Made by a program: the position numbers and the translations under genes
Origin: an uncultured Planctomycetaceae bacterium
GTDB taxonomy: Bacteria > Planctomycetota > Planctomycetia > Planctomycetales > Planctomycetaceae
Direction: 5' to 3'
DNA: 64,000 nt
Assembly (NCBI GenBank): GCA_963815195.1
Contig: CAWFGE010000012.1
Location: 1 to 64,000 of the forward strand
Part shown: in pieces, positions 50,371-61,889 of the stretch
How the letters are laid out: every line of letters starts with the position of its first letter
Position numbering within the stretch: the stretch's first letter is position 1
The notes under the pieces: generated by a model
The model's database searches: none
What the model was told of the DNA's origin: nothing
The model's input: the letters and a program-made list of their open reading frames with translations, nothing else

Positions 50371-50865
50371 TCAGAAAGAGATCGGAATCCGGCAGATCGC
50401 CCATTGGCCGAAGTTTTCCTCGACCTCCACCTGCACCGCGGACAGCCGATGCGGGCCGCGGTCGGCGAGTTTGCCCAGAAGTTGTCCGCCGATCCAGCGG
50501 GCGATGGCCTCCGCGGTCGTGTTGGGAACGGGCAGCAGCTTACAATCTTCGCGGGGGAACACCCAACGGCGGTCTTCAAACCGCACCTCGACTTCCCGGT
50601 CGCCGGCTTCCACGCGGATCTGGGCGTGCTGTGTCGGCAGGAGCACGCGGTGGTCCAACTCGTTCACGATCGACTGCAACTCGTCCCGCAGCGCGATGAA
50701 GTCGAAGACGTATTCGTTCTCATCCAAAGGCCCCGAGACCTCCACGGCCGTCCGCCAATTGTGGCCGTGCAACCGCTCGCAGATGTTGCCGTTAAACGTA
50801 ATGAAATGAGCCGCGCTAAACACCAGGTGGTCCTTGGTCACGCGGACGCGATAGAGCTCCTGCAT
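50371..50865 (-). CDS. queD: 6-carboxytetrahydropterin synthase (QueD/PTPS family)
   Basis: FSAAH, CERLHGHN, LDHR, TTAE. Confidence 0.85.
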   Translation of the reverse strand: MQELYRVRVTKDHLVFSAAHFITFNGNICERLHGHNWRTAVEVSGPLDENEYVFDFIALRDELQSIVNELDHRVLLPTQHAQIRVEAGDREVEVRFEDRRWVFPREDCKLLPVPNTTAEAIARWIGGQLLGKLADRGPHRLSAVQVEVEENFGQWAICRIPISF

Positions 50866-50941
50866 GATTGTTGCCTTTCGCCTTGTCTCGATCAGCCGGA
50901 ACGTGCAAGCGTCCGGTTATTTCCAGAACCGAAGGCTAGCG

Positions 50942-51377
50942 CTGGGCTGTTAAAAAATTGGTATTGAAGTCTAAAAACGCGGGTTCTGGCTTGCGCCACC
51001 TGTGTTCTCGTTTTTTTGGGAAAGCATTCGGGCCGAAGGCCCGGCTCTCTGTCAGCCCAGGGCCAGTGCAGCGCCGCCCTGGGTTACGGACGATCAATGA
51101 AACGCAAGCCCCAACGGGGCGGCCCGATGTGGCAGCTCTCGCCACGGAACAAGGCATTGCGTATTTCCGATTTCGGGCCGCCCCGTTGGGGCTTTGTTTT
51201 CAAGAGCCGCCCACAAAGTAAGCGGTGTTCAGGGACTCAGACAACGCAAGACCGCTTACTTCGTGCGCGGCTCAGGCATTGTTGGAAGTACTCAAATTTG
51301 AAACACTTGAATTTACGAACGGTCGAAAAGCTGCGCAAAGTCAAATCGTCGTCAACACCAGATTTTTAACGGCCCAG
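50942..51377. mobile_element. MITE-like 436-bp element with terminal inverted repeats and 7-bp target duplication, inserted in a REP
   Basis: TIRs CTGGGCTGTTAAAAAATTGGTATTGA / rc CTGGGCCGTTAAAAATCTGGTGTTGA; GCTAGCG at 50935-50941 and 51378-51384. Confidence 0.8.
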
Positions 51378-51412
51378 GCTAGCGCCCTGCGGCTAATGAA
51401 ATCATCAGCCCG

Positions 51413-51451
51413 AAAATAAAAAGACCCGGCTTCTCGGGAAAGAAACCGGGT
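51413..51451 (-). terminator. Intrinsic terminator
   Basis: Minus strand ACCCGGTTTCT-TTCCCG-AGAAGCCGGGT-CTTTTTATTTT. Confidence 0.75.
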
Positions 51452-51598
51452 GGGTTCGTCGACGAAGATGGGAGTCTGGGTTTGGTGAGGAATAGATCGT
51501 CACCCATTCCTCACCGATTTTCATACGGCGGATCCTGCATGGGCAGCCTCCTCTTCGGGGGGAACAGGATTGTGTTGGACGAATTGGAAAATGTGTCC
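51413..51598 (-). ncRNA. Candidate small RNA / small-ORF transcript
   Basis: Upstream TTGACA-18-TATCTT promoter, internal hairpins, own terminator. Confidence 0.5.
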
Positions 51599-51604
51599 GA
51601 AATC

Positions 51605-51634
51605 AAGATACCAAACGCCGCTTCAATATGTCAA
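51605..51634 (-). promoter_or_regulatory. Sigma70-type promoter
   Basis: TTGACA, 18-nt spacer ending TGG, TATCTT. Confidence 0.6.
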
Positions 51635-51680
51635 AGTTTTTCCGCCCGACTGGGAAAAAATTTCAACGAGACTTCGCCTC

Positions 51681-52448
51681 TCACTCGTCGTTCTCCGGAT
51701 GGGAGGGCGGCGGATTGGGGTTCGGCGGCGGCTGCTTTTGTTGCTGGGCGATCTTTTTCTGGAACTGCTCGAAGGCGTGCGTGATGGAACTCAGAAACCG
51801 GGGCACGTTGCCCGCGGACAGATAAACCCGAGCCGACACCGCCGAGCGGGGATAGAATGTGGTAATGAAATCGAAGGAGAACTCCGTGGCGGTGTGGCCA
51901 ATCATCACGGCGTTCGCATAAGACCCGCAAAGCATTTCGTCGGCGAGCTTCAACTGGTCGTACAGGTCCTGCACGGAGTTCTGGTTGAGAGTTACCGATT
52001 CGGAACCTCCTGCGGCGCTTGGACTTCCGGTCGTCGTCCCGGCCGGCGGGTTTTCGCCGCCTCCCGCAGTGGGGCCGGTCGCGGCGAGCGGCTGGTTCTG
52101 GGGCGGGAGCGTGGCGGTGTCGATTTGCGTCACGCCCGGCGGCGCCTGGTGCTGGAATGTCCGCTGAAAATTGCCCAAATTCTCGCGGAGGGCCGCGATA
52201 AATCGGCCCAAAACCGCAGGCGTCATCACGATCCGAGCCGCGACCTGGTGGGGCATCGTCATCCGCAGCAGAAAATCGATAATGAACTCATGCTGCCCCT
52301 GCAGCACGACCGCCCCCGTGCTGAACACGCCCCGGGCCACGCCTTTGGGAACGAGGGCGCTCACTTGAGAATGCCGAACTTCCTGGCTCTGCGGCGGCGG
52401 ATCGCCGGGCGGGGTTGTTCCTTCATGCGGCGGGCGTTCCTCGGACAT
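51681..52448 (-). CDS. Tandem DUF3467-like domain protein
   Basis: Two related halves (GVFST..V...HEFIIDFL..ARIV; GSYANAVMIGH..EFSFDFI..ARVY). Confidence 0.65.
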   Translation of the reverse strand: MSEERPPHEGTTPPGDPPPQSQEVRHSQVSALVPKGVARGVFSTGAVVLQGQHEFIIDFLLRMTMPHQVAARIVMTPAVLGRFIAALRENLGNFQRTFQHQAPPGVTQIDTATLPPQNQPLAATGPTAGGGENPPAGTTTGSPSAAGGSESVTLNQNSVQDLYDQLKLADEMLCGSYANAVMIGHTATEFSFDFITTFYPRSAVSARVYLSAGNVPRFLSSITHAFEQFQKKIAQQQKQPPPNPNPPPSHPENDE

Positions 52449-52773
52449 ACATCGGCTCGCAATGGCTAAAAAAAGAAATGTGCGCCTCCTCCGTTTGACG
52501 ATAGCACGCCCCTGGCCAATCTACAACCAAATCTTTTCCGCGAGTTTCCGCGAGGCCCACATCAGGCCCTCGCTGTGTGCGGTCGCGAAAATTGGGAAAT
52601 CCAGCAAGGCTGCGCAACATCCGGTGGTGAAGGCCTCCAAAAAACTGAACATCCGATGCAAACACGGCTTGACCGATCGGACCACAGCGGTTAGACCACT
52701 CCGTTTTTCATCGTTCCCCAACAATTGAAGTTTGTTAATAACGCACATCCACATCGGACGCTACGGAGATTCC

Positions 52774-53725
<952 letters not shown>

Positions 53726-53784
53726 GTTCGTTGAGGGTTCTTCCGGATAATCAGGGGGAACGGCGACGGTTAAAGAATCTCTTG

Positions 53785-53911
53785 TCCGCGATCTTTCACC
53801 TCCCCAAAGGGCCCAAAGGGGAGGTGAAATCCGTGGTTGATCATCACTACGGAAGCATCGACCTCGGCGGCTGAAAGCCGCCCTGGCGGAAGATGCCGCG
53901 GCGATCGCGGG
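53785..53911 (+). ncRNA. Candidate multi-stem structured RNA (copy 2 of the GGGCCC-loop motif)
   Basis: Closing stem 53786-93/53903-10 encloses three hairpins. Confidence 0.5.
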
Positions 53912-54106
53912 ATTTGGCGCGCCGTTTGCCTGATCCGAACAACAGGCTAAAATGCCGAAATTGTTGCGCAGCCAAAACGTGGGCCCGTTTCTCCATTTCA
54001 AGACGTTTGTATGATACACATTCTGAAGTCAACAACCGCCGCGGTGGGGACGATTCGCCGCGGTTGCTTGATGGGGAGACATGTTGCGCGTCGAGTCAAC
54101 AGCTGA

Positions 54107-56131
54107 ATGAAATCCATGGGAATGCCGAATTCAAATCCGAATGGCCGCAGCCGAGTCGTGATTGAAAGCGTTCGCCCCGAAATCGATGCGGGGCAGTTTC
54201 CCATCAAGCGGGTCGTGGGCGAGCGGGTCGTCGTGGAAGCGGATGTCTTCACCGACGGACACGACGAGGTCGCCGCAGTTTTGTGCTATCGCTCCCTTGA
54301 TCCCGCCGGCGAGAAAGCCGGTTGGCAGGAAACGCCCATGCAGCCGCTGGTCAACGACCGCTGGCGGGGCGAGTTCACCGTCGATCGCGAAGGCGTGGCG
54401 GTCTATACCGTCAAAGCCTGGGTCGACCGGTTCTTCACCTGGCATCACGATCTGAAAAAACGCGTGGCGGCCCATCAGGTGTCGGAGGTCGATCTCGCGA
54501 TCGGGGCCGAACTGATCGAGGCTGCGGCTCGAGAAGCGAGCGGGGGAGATCAAAAAAGTCTGGAAGCCTGGTCGCGCCGCCTCCGCAATGATGAGGCGCT
54601 GCGTCACGCCGAGGAAATCTGCGACGCCGATGAACTCGAAGACCTCATGCGCAAGAACGCCCGCAGGGATTTTGCGACGACCTATCCGCGGGAACTACGG
54701 GTCACGGTGGACCGCAAGCGGGCGGCGTTTAGTGCCTGGTACGAGATGTTCCCGCGGTCGGCGGCGGATCGGCCGCATCAGCACGGCACGTTGAGAGATG
54801 TCCTCGCCCGCCTCCCATACGTCGCGGAGATGGGGTTCGACGTGTTGTATCTTCCGCCGATCCATCCCGTCGGCCGGGCCTTTCGCAAAGGGAAGAACAA
54901 CACGACGAAAGCCTACCCCGACGATGTGGGCAGCCCGTGGGGGATCGGAGCCGACGAGGGCGGGCACAAGGCGATTCACCCCAAGCTCGGGACGATGCGG
55001 GACTTTCAGGAACTGGTCACGACGGCCCGCGAAATGGGAATCGAGATCGCGCTCGATGTCGCCTTTCAATGCTCGCCGGACCATCCCTACGTGAAGGAAC
55101 ATCCGCAGTGGTTTCGGCATCGGCCCGACGGCACGATTCAATACGCCGAGAACCCGCCCAAAAAATACCAGGACATCTACCCCTTCGATTTCGAGACCGA
55201 AGACTGGCAGGCGCTGTGGGCGGAGCTGAAAAGCATCTTTGACTTTTGGATCGAGCGGGATGTGAAGATTTTCCGCGTGGACAATCCGCACACGAAGCCT
55301 TTCGCGTTCTGGGAGTGGTGCATCGGCGAGATCAAGCGCGAGCATCCCGAGGTGCTGTTTCTGTCGGAAGCCTTCACGCGGCCGAAAATCATGTATCGGC
55401 TCGCGAAGCTGGGCTTCACGCAGTCTTACACCTATTTCGCCTGGCGGAACACGAAAACCGAGCTGACGGAGTATCTCACCGAACTCACGCAGACGCCGGT
55501 CCGCGAGTTTTTCCGCCCGAACTTCTGGCCGAACACGCCGGACATTCTGACGGAGTATCTGCAAATCGGCGGGCGGCCGGCGTTCATGGCCCGCCTGGTG
55601 CTTGCGGCCACGCTGTGTTCCAACTATGGGATCTACGGCCCGCCGTTCGAGCATCATTGGACCGCCCCGCGGGAACCGGGCAGCGAAGAGTATCTGTATT
55701 CCGAGAAGTACCAGATTCATTACCACAACCTGGATCGGCCCGATAGCCTGCGGAAATACATCGCCCGCGTGAATCAGATCCGCGCGGAATATGCCGTCCT
55801 GCACACCAACCGCAACCTGAGATTTCACCGAGTGGATAACGAGGATCTGATTTGCTACAGCAAGGCGTCGGAGGATAAAACTCAGATCGTTCTGGTCGTG
55901 TTGAATCTCGATCCGAACTATACGCAATCGGGCTTCGTGAATTTGCCTGTGGATGAGTTCGAGTTAGGGGATGTGCATCCTTATGAAGTGCATGACCTGT
56001 TGAGCGATGAGCGGTACTTGTGGCATGGCCACCGGAACTATGTGGAGCTCGCCCCGCATTTGACGCCCGCGCACATTTTCGTCATCCGCCGCCGGGTCCG
56101 CACGGAGCGGGAGTTTGAAACCTACTTGTGA
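54107..56131 (+). CDS. glgE: Alpha-1,4-glucan:maltose-1-phosphate maltosyltransferase
   Basis: WYEMFPRS, YLPPIHP, YAENPPKKYQDI, FRVDNPHTKP, NTPDIL. Confidence 0.95.
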   Translation: MKSMGMPNSNPNGRSRVVIESVRPEIDAGQFPIKRVVGERVVVEADVFTDGHDEVAAVLCYRSLDPAGEKAGWQETPMQPLVNDRWRGEFTVDREGVAVYTVKAWVDRFFTWHHDLKKRVAAHQVSEVDLAIGAELIEAAAREASGGDQKSLEAWSRRLRNDEALRHAEEICDADELEDLMRKNARRDFATTYPRELRVTVDRKRAAFSAWYEMFPRSAADRPHQHGTLRDVLARLPYVAEMGFDVLYLPPIHPVGRAFRKGKNNTTKAYPDDVGSPWGIGADEGGHKAIHPKLGTMRDFQELVTTAREMGIEIALDVAFQCSPDHPYVKEHPQWFRHRPDGTIQYAENPPKKYQDIYPFDFETEDWQALWAELKSIFDFWIERDVKIFRVDNPHTKPFAFWEWCIGEIKREHPEVLFLSEAFTRPKIMYRLAKLGFTQSYTYFAWRNTKTELTEYLTELTQTPVREFFRPNFWPNTPDILTEYLQIGGRPAFMARLVLAATLCSNYGIYGPPFEHHWTAPREPGSEEYLYSEKYQIHYHNLDRPDSLRKYIARVNQIRAEYAVLHTNRNLRFHRVDNEDLICYSKASEDKTQIVLVVLNLDPNYTQSGFVNLPVDEFELGDVHPYEVHDLLSDERYLWHGHRNYVELAPHLTPAHIFVIRRRVRTEREFETYL

Positions 56132-56165
56132 CCGAACACAATCGAATTGACAGAAAGGTTTTGCC

Positions 56166-59100
56166 GTGGCAACGCGGATGATGGAAACACAACCCGCCGC
56201 CGTCAAACCCATTGCAGCGCGGGATCCGCTGTGGTTTAAGGATGCGGTGATTTACCAGCTCCACGTCAAGGCCTATTGCGACTCCAACGGCGACGGCATC
56301 GGCGATTTTCCCGGCCTGACCGAAAAGCTCGACTACATCCGCGACCTGGGCGTGACGGCGATCTGGCTCCTGCCTTTTTTTCATTCGCCCCTCAGGGACG
56401 ATGGCTACGACATCGCCGACTACACCCGCATCCACGAGAACTACGGGACGCTCGACGATTTTCAGTTTTTCCTGGAGGAAGCCCATCGCCGGGATCTGCG
56501 GGTGATCACCGAAATGGTCATGAACCACACCTCGGACCAGCACGAGTGGTTTCAGAAATCCCGGCGGGCCAAGCCCGGCAGCAAGTGGCGCGACTTCTAC
56601 GTTTGGAGCGACACCGACGAGCGCTATCCGGAAGCCCGTGTTATCTTTCAGGACTTCGAGACGTCGAATTGGACGTGGGATCCGGTGGCCGAGGCCTATT
56701 TCTGGCACCGCTTTTATCATCATCAGCCGGATTTGAACTTCGACAACCCGGAAGTCCACGAGGCGATTTTCAAGGCGATCGATTTCTGGCTCGACCGGGG
56801 CGTGGACGGGATGCGGCTCGATGCGGTGCCTTATTTGTACGAACGCGAAGGCACGAACTGCGAGAACCTGCCGGAGACGCACGGGTTCCTCAAGGAGCTT
56901 CGCCAGCACGTGGACGAAAAATACGCCGACAAGATGCTGCTCGCCGAGGCCAACCAGTGGCCCGAAGACGCGGCGTCGTATTACGGCGACGGCGACGAGT
57001 GCCACATGAATTTTCACTTCCCGCTGATGCCTCGGCTGTTCATGGCGATCGAACGCGAAGACCGGTTTCCGATCATCGACATTCTCGAGCAAACGCCCCG
57101 GCTGCCGGACAATTGCCAGTGGGGGATTTTTCTCCGCAACCATGACGAGTTGACGCTGGAGATGGTGACCGACGAAGAGCGGGACTATATGTACCGGGCG
57201 TACGTGGACGATCCGCGGGCCCGCGTCAACTTGGGCATTCGCCGCCGACTGGCTCCGCTGTTAAGAGACGACCGCCGCAAGGTGGAGTTGATGAACGGGC
57301 TGTTGTTGTCGCTGCCGGGGACGCCGATTATTTATTACGGCGATGAAATCCGCATGGGGGACAACATTTTTCTGGGGGACCGCGACGGCGTCCGCACGCC
57401 GATGCAGTGGAACGACGACCGCAACGCCGGCTTCTCGCGGGCGAATCCGCAGCGGCTGTTTCTGCCGGTGATTATCGATGCCCCGTTTCACTTTTCGTCC
57501 CGGAATGTCGAGGTGGAGCAAAGCCGGCCGCATTCGATGCTGTGGTGGATGCGGCGGATCATCAGCATTCGGCAGCAGCACCCGGCGTTCGGGCGGGGGA
57601 CCATTGAGTTCGCCGTTTCGGATAACTCGAAAGTCCTGGCCTTTCTCCGCGAATACGACGGCGAAACGATTCTCGTCGTCGCGAACCTGTCGCGGTACGT
57701 GCAATGTGCCGAGCTCGATCTTTCGCGGTTCCGCGGCCGCGTGCCCAAGGAGATTTTCGGCCAGACCAAATTCCCGCCGATCGGCGAGCTGCCTTATTTC
57801 TTGACGCTCGGCTCGTATTCGTTTTATTGGTTTCGCCTGCAATGGGAGCACGGGGAAGCCGAGGCCTGCAGTCTCCAACTGCCGACCTGCCGGGTGGACG
57901 GGTCTTGGGATTCGCTGTTTCAGGGCCGGCCCCTCAAGCGGTTGGAGGAGGCCTTGCCGACCTATCTCCAGCGGCACCGCTGGTTCGCGGGAAAGGCCCG
58001 GCCCATTCAGCAGACCAAGCTGCTCGATGTGCTTTCGGTGCACGATGTCGAGGACGTCACGGACGAAATCAAACGGCCGGAGAGTTTTCCCGGCGGAAGC
58101 CTGGCGGCGACGCGGATTCTTCTCGTGCGGGTCGAGTATGCCGAAGGCGAGCCGGAGACGTACGTGCTGCCCGTGGTGTTCGCCCAAGGGGGGCAGGAAC
58201 TCAACATCCTAGGCGACCGGCCGAGCGCGGGGATCATCTCGGTCGCCCGATCCGAGGACGGGGCCGGAGCGACGCTGTGCGACACCACCCACGAACCGGA
58301 ATTCTGGCTGCTGCTGTTTCATGCCTTGGCCACCGGTTCCGTCATTCCCGGCCAGCGCGGCCGGTTGGAATCTTTTCAGACGGACATCTTCCCGGCGCTC
58401 CGCGAGAACCTGTCGTTGGAGATTGCACTCCACGGCGGCGAGCAGAGCAACACCTCGGCGATCCTGGGCAACCAGTTGATCTTGAAGCTCTTCCGCCGCA
58501 TCGACCAGGGCGAAAATCCCGATCTGGAAATCGGCCGCTACCTCACGGAGCAAACCGAGCTTGCCTGCGTGCCGAAGGTCGGCGGAGCACTCGAATACAA
58601 AGACAAAAAGAAAACGCGGTTCACGCTGGCGGTGCTGCACGAGTTTGTGGCCAACGAAGGCGATGCCTGGGTTTACACGCTCGACGAACTCGACCGCTAT
58701 TTCGAGCACATCAAATCCGAGCTCCCCGGTGCGGTGCCCACGCCGGAAATGCTGCCGACGGGGACGCTGTTGGAGTTGACCGGTCAAGAGCCGCCCGAAC
58801 TGGCCCGGCATGTGATCGGCACGTATTTGGAATCGACCGAACTGCTCGGCCGGCGCACGGCGGAATTGCACTTGGCGCTCGCGGCGGGGGAAAGCGACGC
58901 CTTCGCTCCGGAACCGTTTACCAAGCTCTATCAGCGGAGCGTGTATCAATCGATGCGCTCGCAGGCTCGGCGAACGTTGAGCCTGCTCCGCAAGCAGTTG
59001 AAGAAATTGCCCGAAGCGGTCGCTCCCAGTGCGGAGCGTTTGGTGCAAAGCGAAGCGGTACTCTTGGAGCGGTTTCGCGAACTCTCGGAGCACCGCATCC

Positions 59101-59576
59101 ACGCCGCCCGCACGCGCTGCCACGGCGATTTTCATTTGGGGCAGGTGCTTTTCACGGGGAAGGATTTTGTGATCATCGATTTCGAAGGCGAACCGGACCG
59201 GCCCATCGGAGAGCGGCGGATCAAGCATTCGCCGCTCCGGGACGTGGCGGGGATGATCCGCTCCATTCATTATGCGTCCCACGCGGCGCTGCGAAGCTCG
59301 GCCGGGCATTCGCTGTTGCCTTCGGAAATGGACAAGGGCATCGCGGACTGGTTTCCCGTGTGGTACGTGTGGAGCGCGGTGTCTTATCTGAAAGCCTATC
59401 TGGCCGAAGCCTCGCGCGGCGAATTTCTGCCCCAGGAGCGGAACGATCTGGAAATCCTGCTCGATGCCTACCTGCTGGAGAAGGCCGTGTACGAACTGGG
59501 CTACGAACTCAACAACCGACCCGACTGGGTGCCGATCCCGCTGGAAGGGATTCTGCATTTGATTGAACCAGGCTAG
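56166..59576 (+). CDS. treS: Trehalose synthase fused to maltokinase (TreS-Mak/Pep2)
   Basis: RLDAVPYL, FLRNHDELTLE; C-terminal EQSNTS, HGDFHLGQVL, IDFEGEP. Confidence 0.95.
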   Translation: MATRMMETQPAAVKPIAARDPLWFKDAVIYQLHVKAYCDSNGDGIGDFPGLTEKLDYIRDLGVTAIWLLPFFHSPLRDDGYDIADYTRIHENYGTLDDFQFFLEEAHRRDLRVITEMVMNHTSDQHEWFQKSRRAKPGSKWRDFYVWSDTDERYPEARVIFQDFETSNWTWDPVAEAYFWHRFYHHQPDLNFDNPEVHEAIFKAIDFWLDRGVDGMRLDAVPYLYEREGTNCENLPETHGFLKELRQHVDEKYADKMLLAEANQWPEDAASYYGDGDECHMNFHFPLMPRLFMAIEREDRFPIIDILEQTPRLPDNCQWGIFLRNHDELTLEMVTDEERDYMYRAYVDDPRARVNLGIRRRLAPLLRDDRRKVELMNGLLLSLPGTPIIYYGDEIRMGDNIFLGDRDGVRTPMQWNDDRNAGFSRANPQRLFLPVIIDAPFHFSSRNVEVEQSRPHSMLWWMRRIISIRQQHPAFGRGTIEFAVSDNSKVLAFLREYDGETILVVANLSRYVQCAELDLSRFRGRVPKEIFGQTKFPPIGELPYFLTLGSYSFYWFRLQWEHGEAEACSLQLPTCRVDGSWDSLFQGRPLKRLEEALPTYLQRHRWFAGKARPIQQTKLLDVLSVHDVEDVTDEIKRPESFPGGSLAATRILLVRVEYAEGEPETYVLPVVFAQGGQELNILGDRPSAGIISVARSEDGAGATLCDTTHEPEFWLLLFHALATGSVIPGQRGRLESFQTDIFPALRENLSLEIALHGGEQSNTSAILGNQLILKLFRRIDQGENPDLEIGRYLTEQTELACVPKVGGALEYKDKKKTRFTLAVLHEFVANEGDAWVYTLDELDRYFEHIKSELPGAVPTPEMLPTGTLLELTGQEPPELARHVIGTYLESTELLGRRTAELHLALAAGESDAFAPEPFTKLYQRSVYQSMRSQARRTLSLLRKQLKKLPEAVAPSAERLVQSEAVLLERFRELSEHRIHAARTRCHGDFHLGQVLFTGKDFVIIDFEGEPDRPIGERRIKHSPLRDVAGMIRSIHYASHAALRSSAGHSLLPSEMDKGIADWFPVWYVWSAVSYLKAYLAEASRGEFLPQERNDLEILLDAYLLEKAVYELGYELNNRPDWVPIPLEGILHLIEPG

Positions 59577-59710
59577 CGACGATTGAAGAAACCAGATCAC
59601 CCCGAACGCGATAGCGTCCGGTTGCCCCATGAACCGGGGCGAGCGCCCTGCGGCTGATAAACATGACCGTTTTGGATAACCCTCACTCACTGAAAAACCC
59701 TCCCTATAAC

Positions 59711-61889
59711 ATGTCAACCCTACCGCCCCAACTCGAAGAGCTGGCCCGATGCTTCGGCGTTTTGACTTCGTATCACGATGTTTACAAGAAGCATCGGGAC
59801 GTTTCCGCCGAGACCGTGTTGGCCGTGCTCGAGGTGTTGGGCGTGGATTTGCCGACGCTGGGCCGCGCCGGCGAGGTGTTAAAGGCCGAGCAAACGGCGC
59901 GTCTCGAGCGCGGCATTGCACCGGTGATCGTGCATTGGGAAGGCGAATCGCAGGAGTTCCCGTTCTCCTTGCCCGCGGAACAGGCGACCGGAAAACTCGT
60001 CTGCGAGATTGCGGTGGAAGATCAAAGCCGCACGCTTACGGAGTCGTACCAACTGGATAAGCTGGCCCGAAAGCCCAGCCCTTGCGGGCGGTTTGTGACG
60101 GTCTCGCTGCCGATCCCGCGGGACGTCGGCCCGGGGTATCATCAACTGTCGATCGAGCATGCGGATGGCCGGTTTCGTTCGCTGTTGATCTCCGCGCCGC
60201 TCCGCGGCTATTCCGGAGAACAAGACCGCCGGGATTGGGGATGTTTTCTGCCTTTGTATTCCCTCAAAAGCGCGCGGAACTGGGGGGCGGGGGACTTTAC
60301 GGATTTGCACAACTTCACGCACTGGGTCGCCGAGCACGGCGGAAGCGTCGTGGGCACGCTGCCCATGTTGGCGGCGTTTCTGGACGAGCCTTGCGATCCA
60401 AGCCCCTATGCCCCCGCAAGCCGGCTCGCTTGGAATGAGTTCTATCTCGACGTGGAGCGGATTCCCGAATTTGCCGGCTGCACGAAGGCGGCGGAGGCCG
60501 TTCGCTCCGACTCGTTCCGCGCGGAGTTGGCGGCGGTTCGGAGTACCGAACTTGTGGAGTACCGCAAGCTGATGGCCCTCAAACGGCAGGTGCTTGAGCC
60601 ATTGGCGGACAAGTTCTTTGAAGAGAAACCCGCCGCGCGGTTTGCCCGGTTCGAGCGGTTTCTCGAAACTCATCCGCATGTGGAAAACTACGCGGAGTTC
60701 CGAGCGGCCCAGGAACGGCGGCCCACCGACTGGCGGGAATGGCCCGACGCGATGCGGCCCGGTCAACTCACGGACCGCGACTTTGATCCGCGGAGCAAGC
60801 AATATCATCTCTACGTGCAATGGGTCGCGACGAATCAGTTGGAAAACCTGGCCGAGGCTTCGGGCGGCGGGTTGTATCTCGATTTGCCTTTGGGGGTCCG
60901 GCCGGACGGCTATGATGTCTGGCGATGGCACGATCTCTATGCGACAGAGGCCTCCGCGGGATCGCCGCCCGATGCGATGTGGACGAAGGGGCAAGACTGG
61001 GGCTTTCCGCCGTTGCATCCGGAGCGGATTCGCGAAGACGGCTACCGGCACGTGCGGGATTATCTTCGGCATCACTTGCGGCTCGCGCGGATCCTCCGCA
61101 TCGATCATGTGATGCAGTTGCACCGCTTGTATTGGGTGCCCCGCGGCTTGGGGGCCCATCAGGGGGCCTATGTCCAATATCGGCCGGAGGAATTCTACGC
61201 GATTTTGAATCTGGAATCGCACCGCTGCCGAACCACGCTCGTCGGCGAAAACCTGGGCACGGTTCCACCCGCCGTCAACGAAGCCATGATTCGGCATGGC
61301 ATGCAGCGAATGTACGTCGTGCAATACGAAATCGCGGAAGAAGAGGTCGAAGAGGAACTCGAGGGGAATGATTTCGAACCCGTCCGCAGCGATTATTCTG
61401 CGGGACGTGCCTGCGGACACCTTGGCGTCCATGAACACGCACGACATGGCGACCTTCGCCGCGTGGTGGCGGGGCGAGGACATTTGGCTCCGGCGGGATC
61501 TCGATCTCATCGATCAACAGGAAGCCGAGCGCCAGCAGGAGGAACTCCAACACGTGCGAAACGAACTCGTCGGCTGGCTTTGCTCGCGAAACTGGCTTGG
61601 GGGATCCGCAGCGGACGAATCGCAAATCCTGGCGGCGATTCTCCGGTTTATCTCCGCGAGCGCCGCGGACGTGGTGCTCGTGAATCTGGAAGACCTGTGG
61701 CTCGAAGCCCGCCCGCAAAACGTGCCGGGCACGGGGTCGGAGCGCCCCAACTGGAAGCGCAAAGCGGCGTTGGCTTATGAAGAGTTCACGCAGTCTCCGC
61801 CCGTGCTGGCCGCTTTGCAAATGGTTGCCCGCTTGCGTCAGGAGGCTCAAACCGAGGCGGCCGAGAAGCAAGAAGGAGCGAGAGAATGA
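59711..61889 (+). CDS. malQ: 4-alpha-glucanotransferase (GH77), frameshift in a C-run near 61380
   Basis: SPYAPASR, YLDLPLG, GQDWG, RIDH, GENLG; THDM and NVPGT..PNW in the next frame. Confidence 0.9.
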
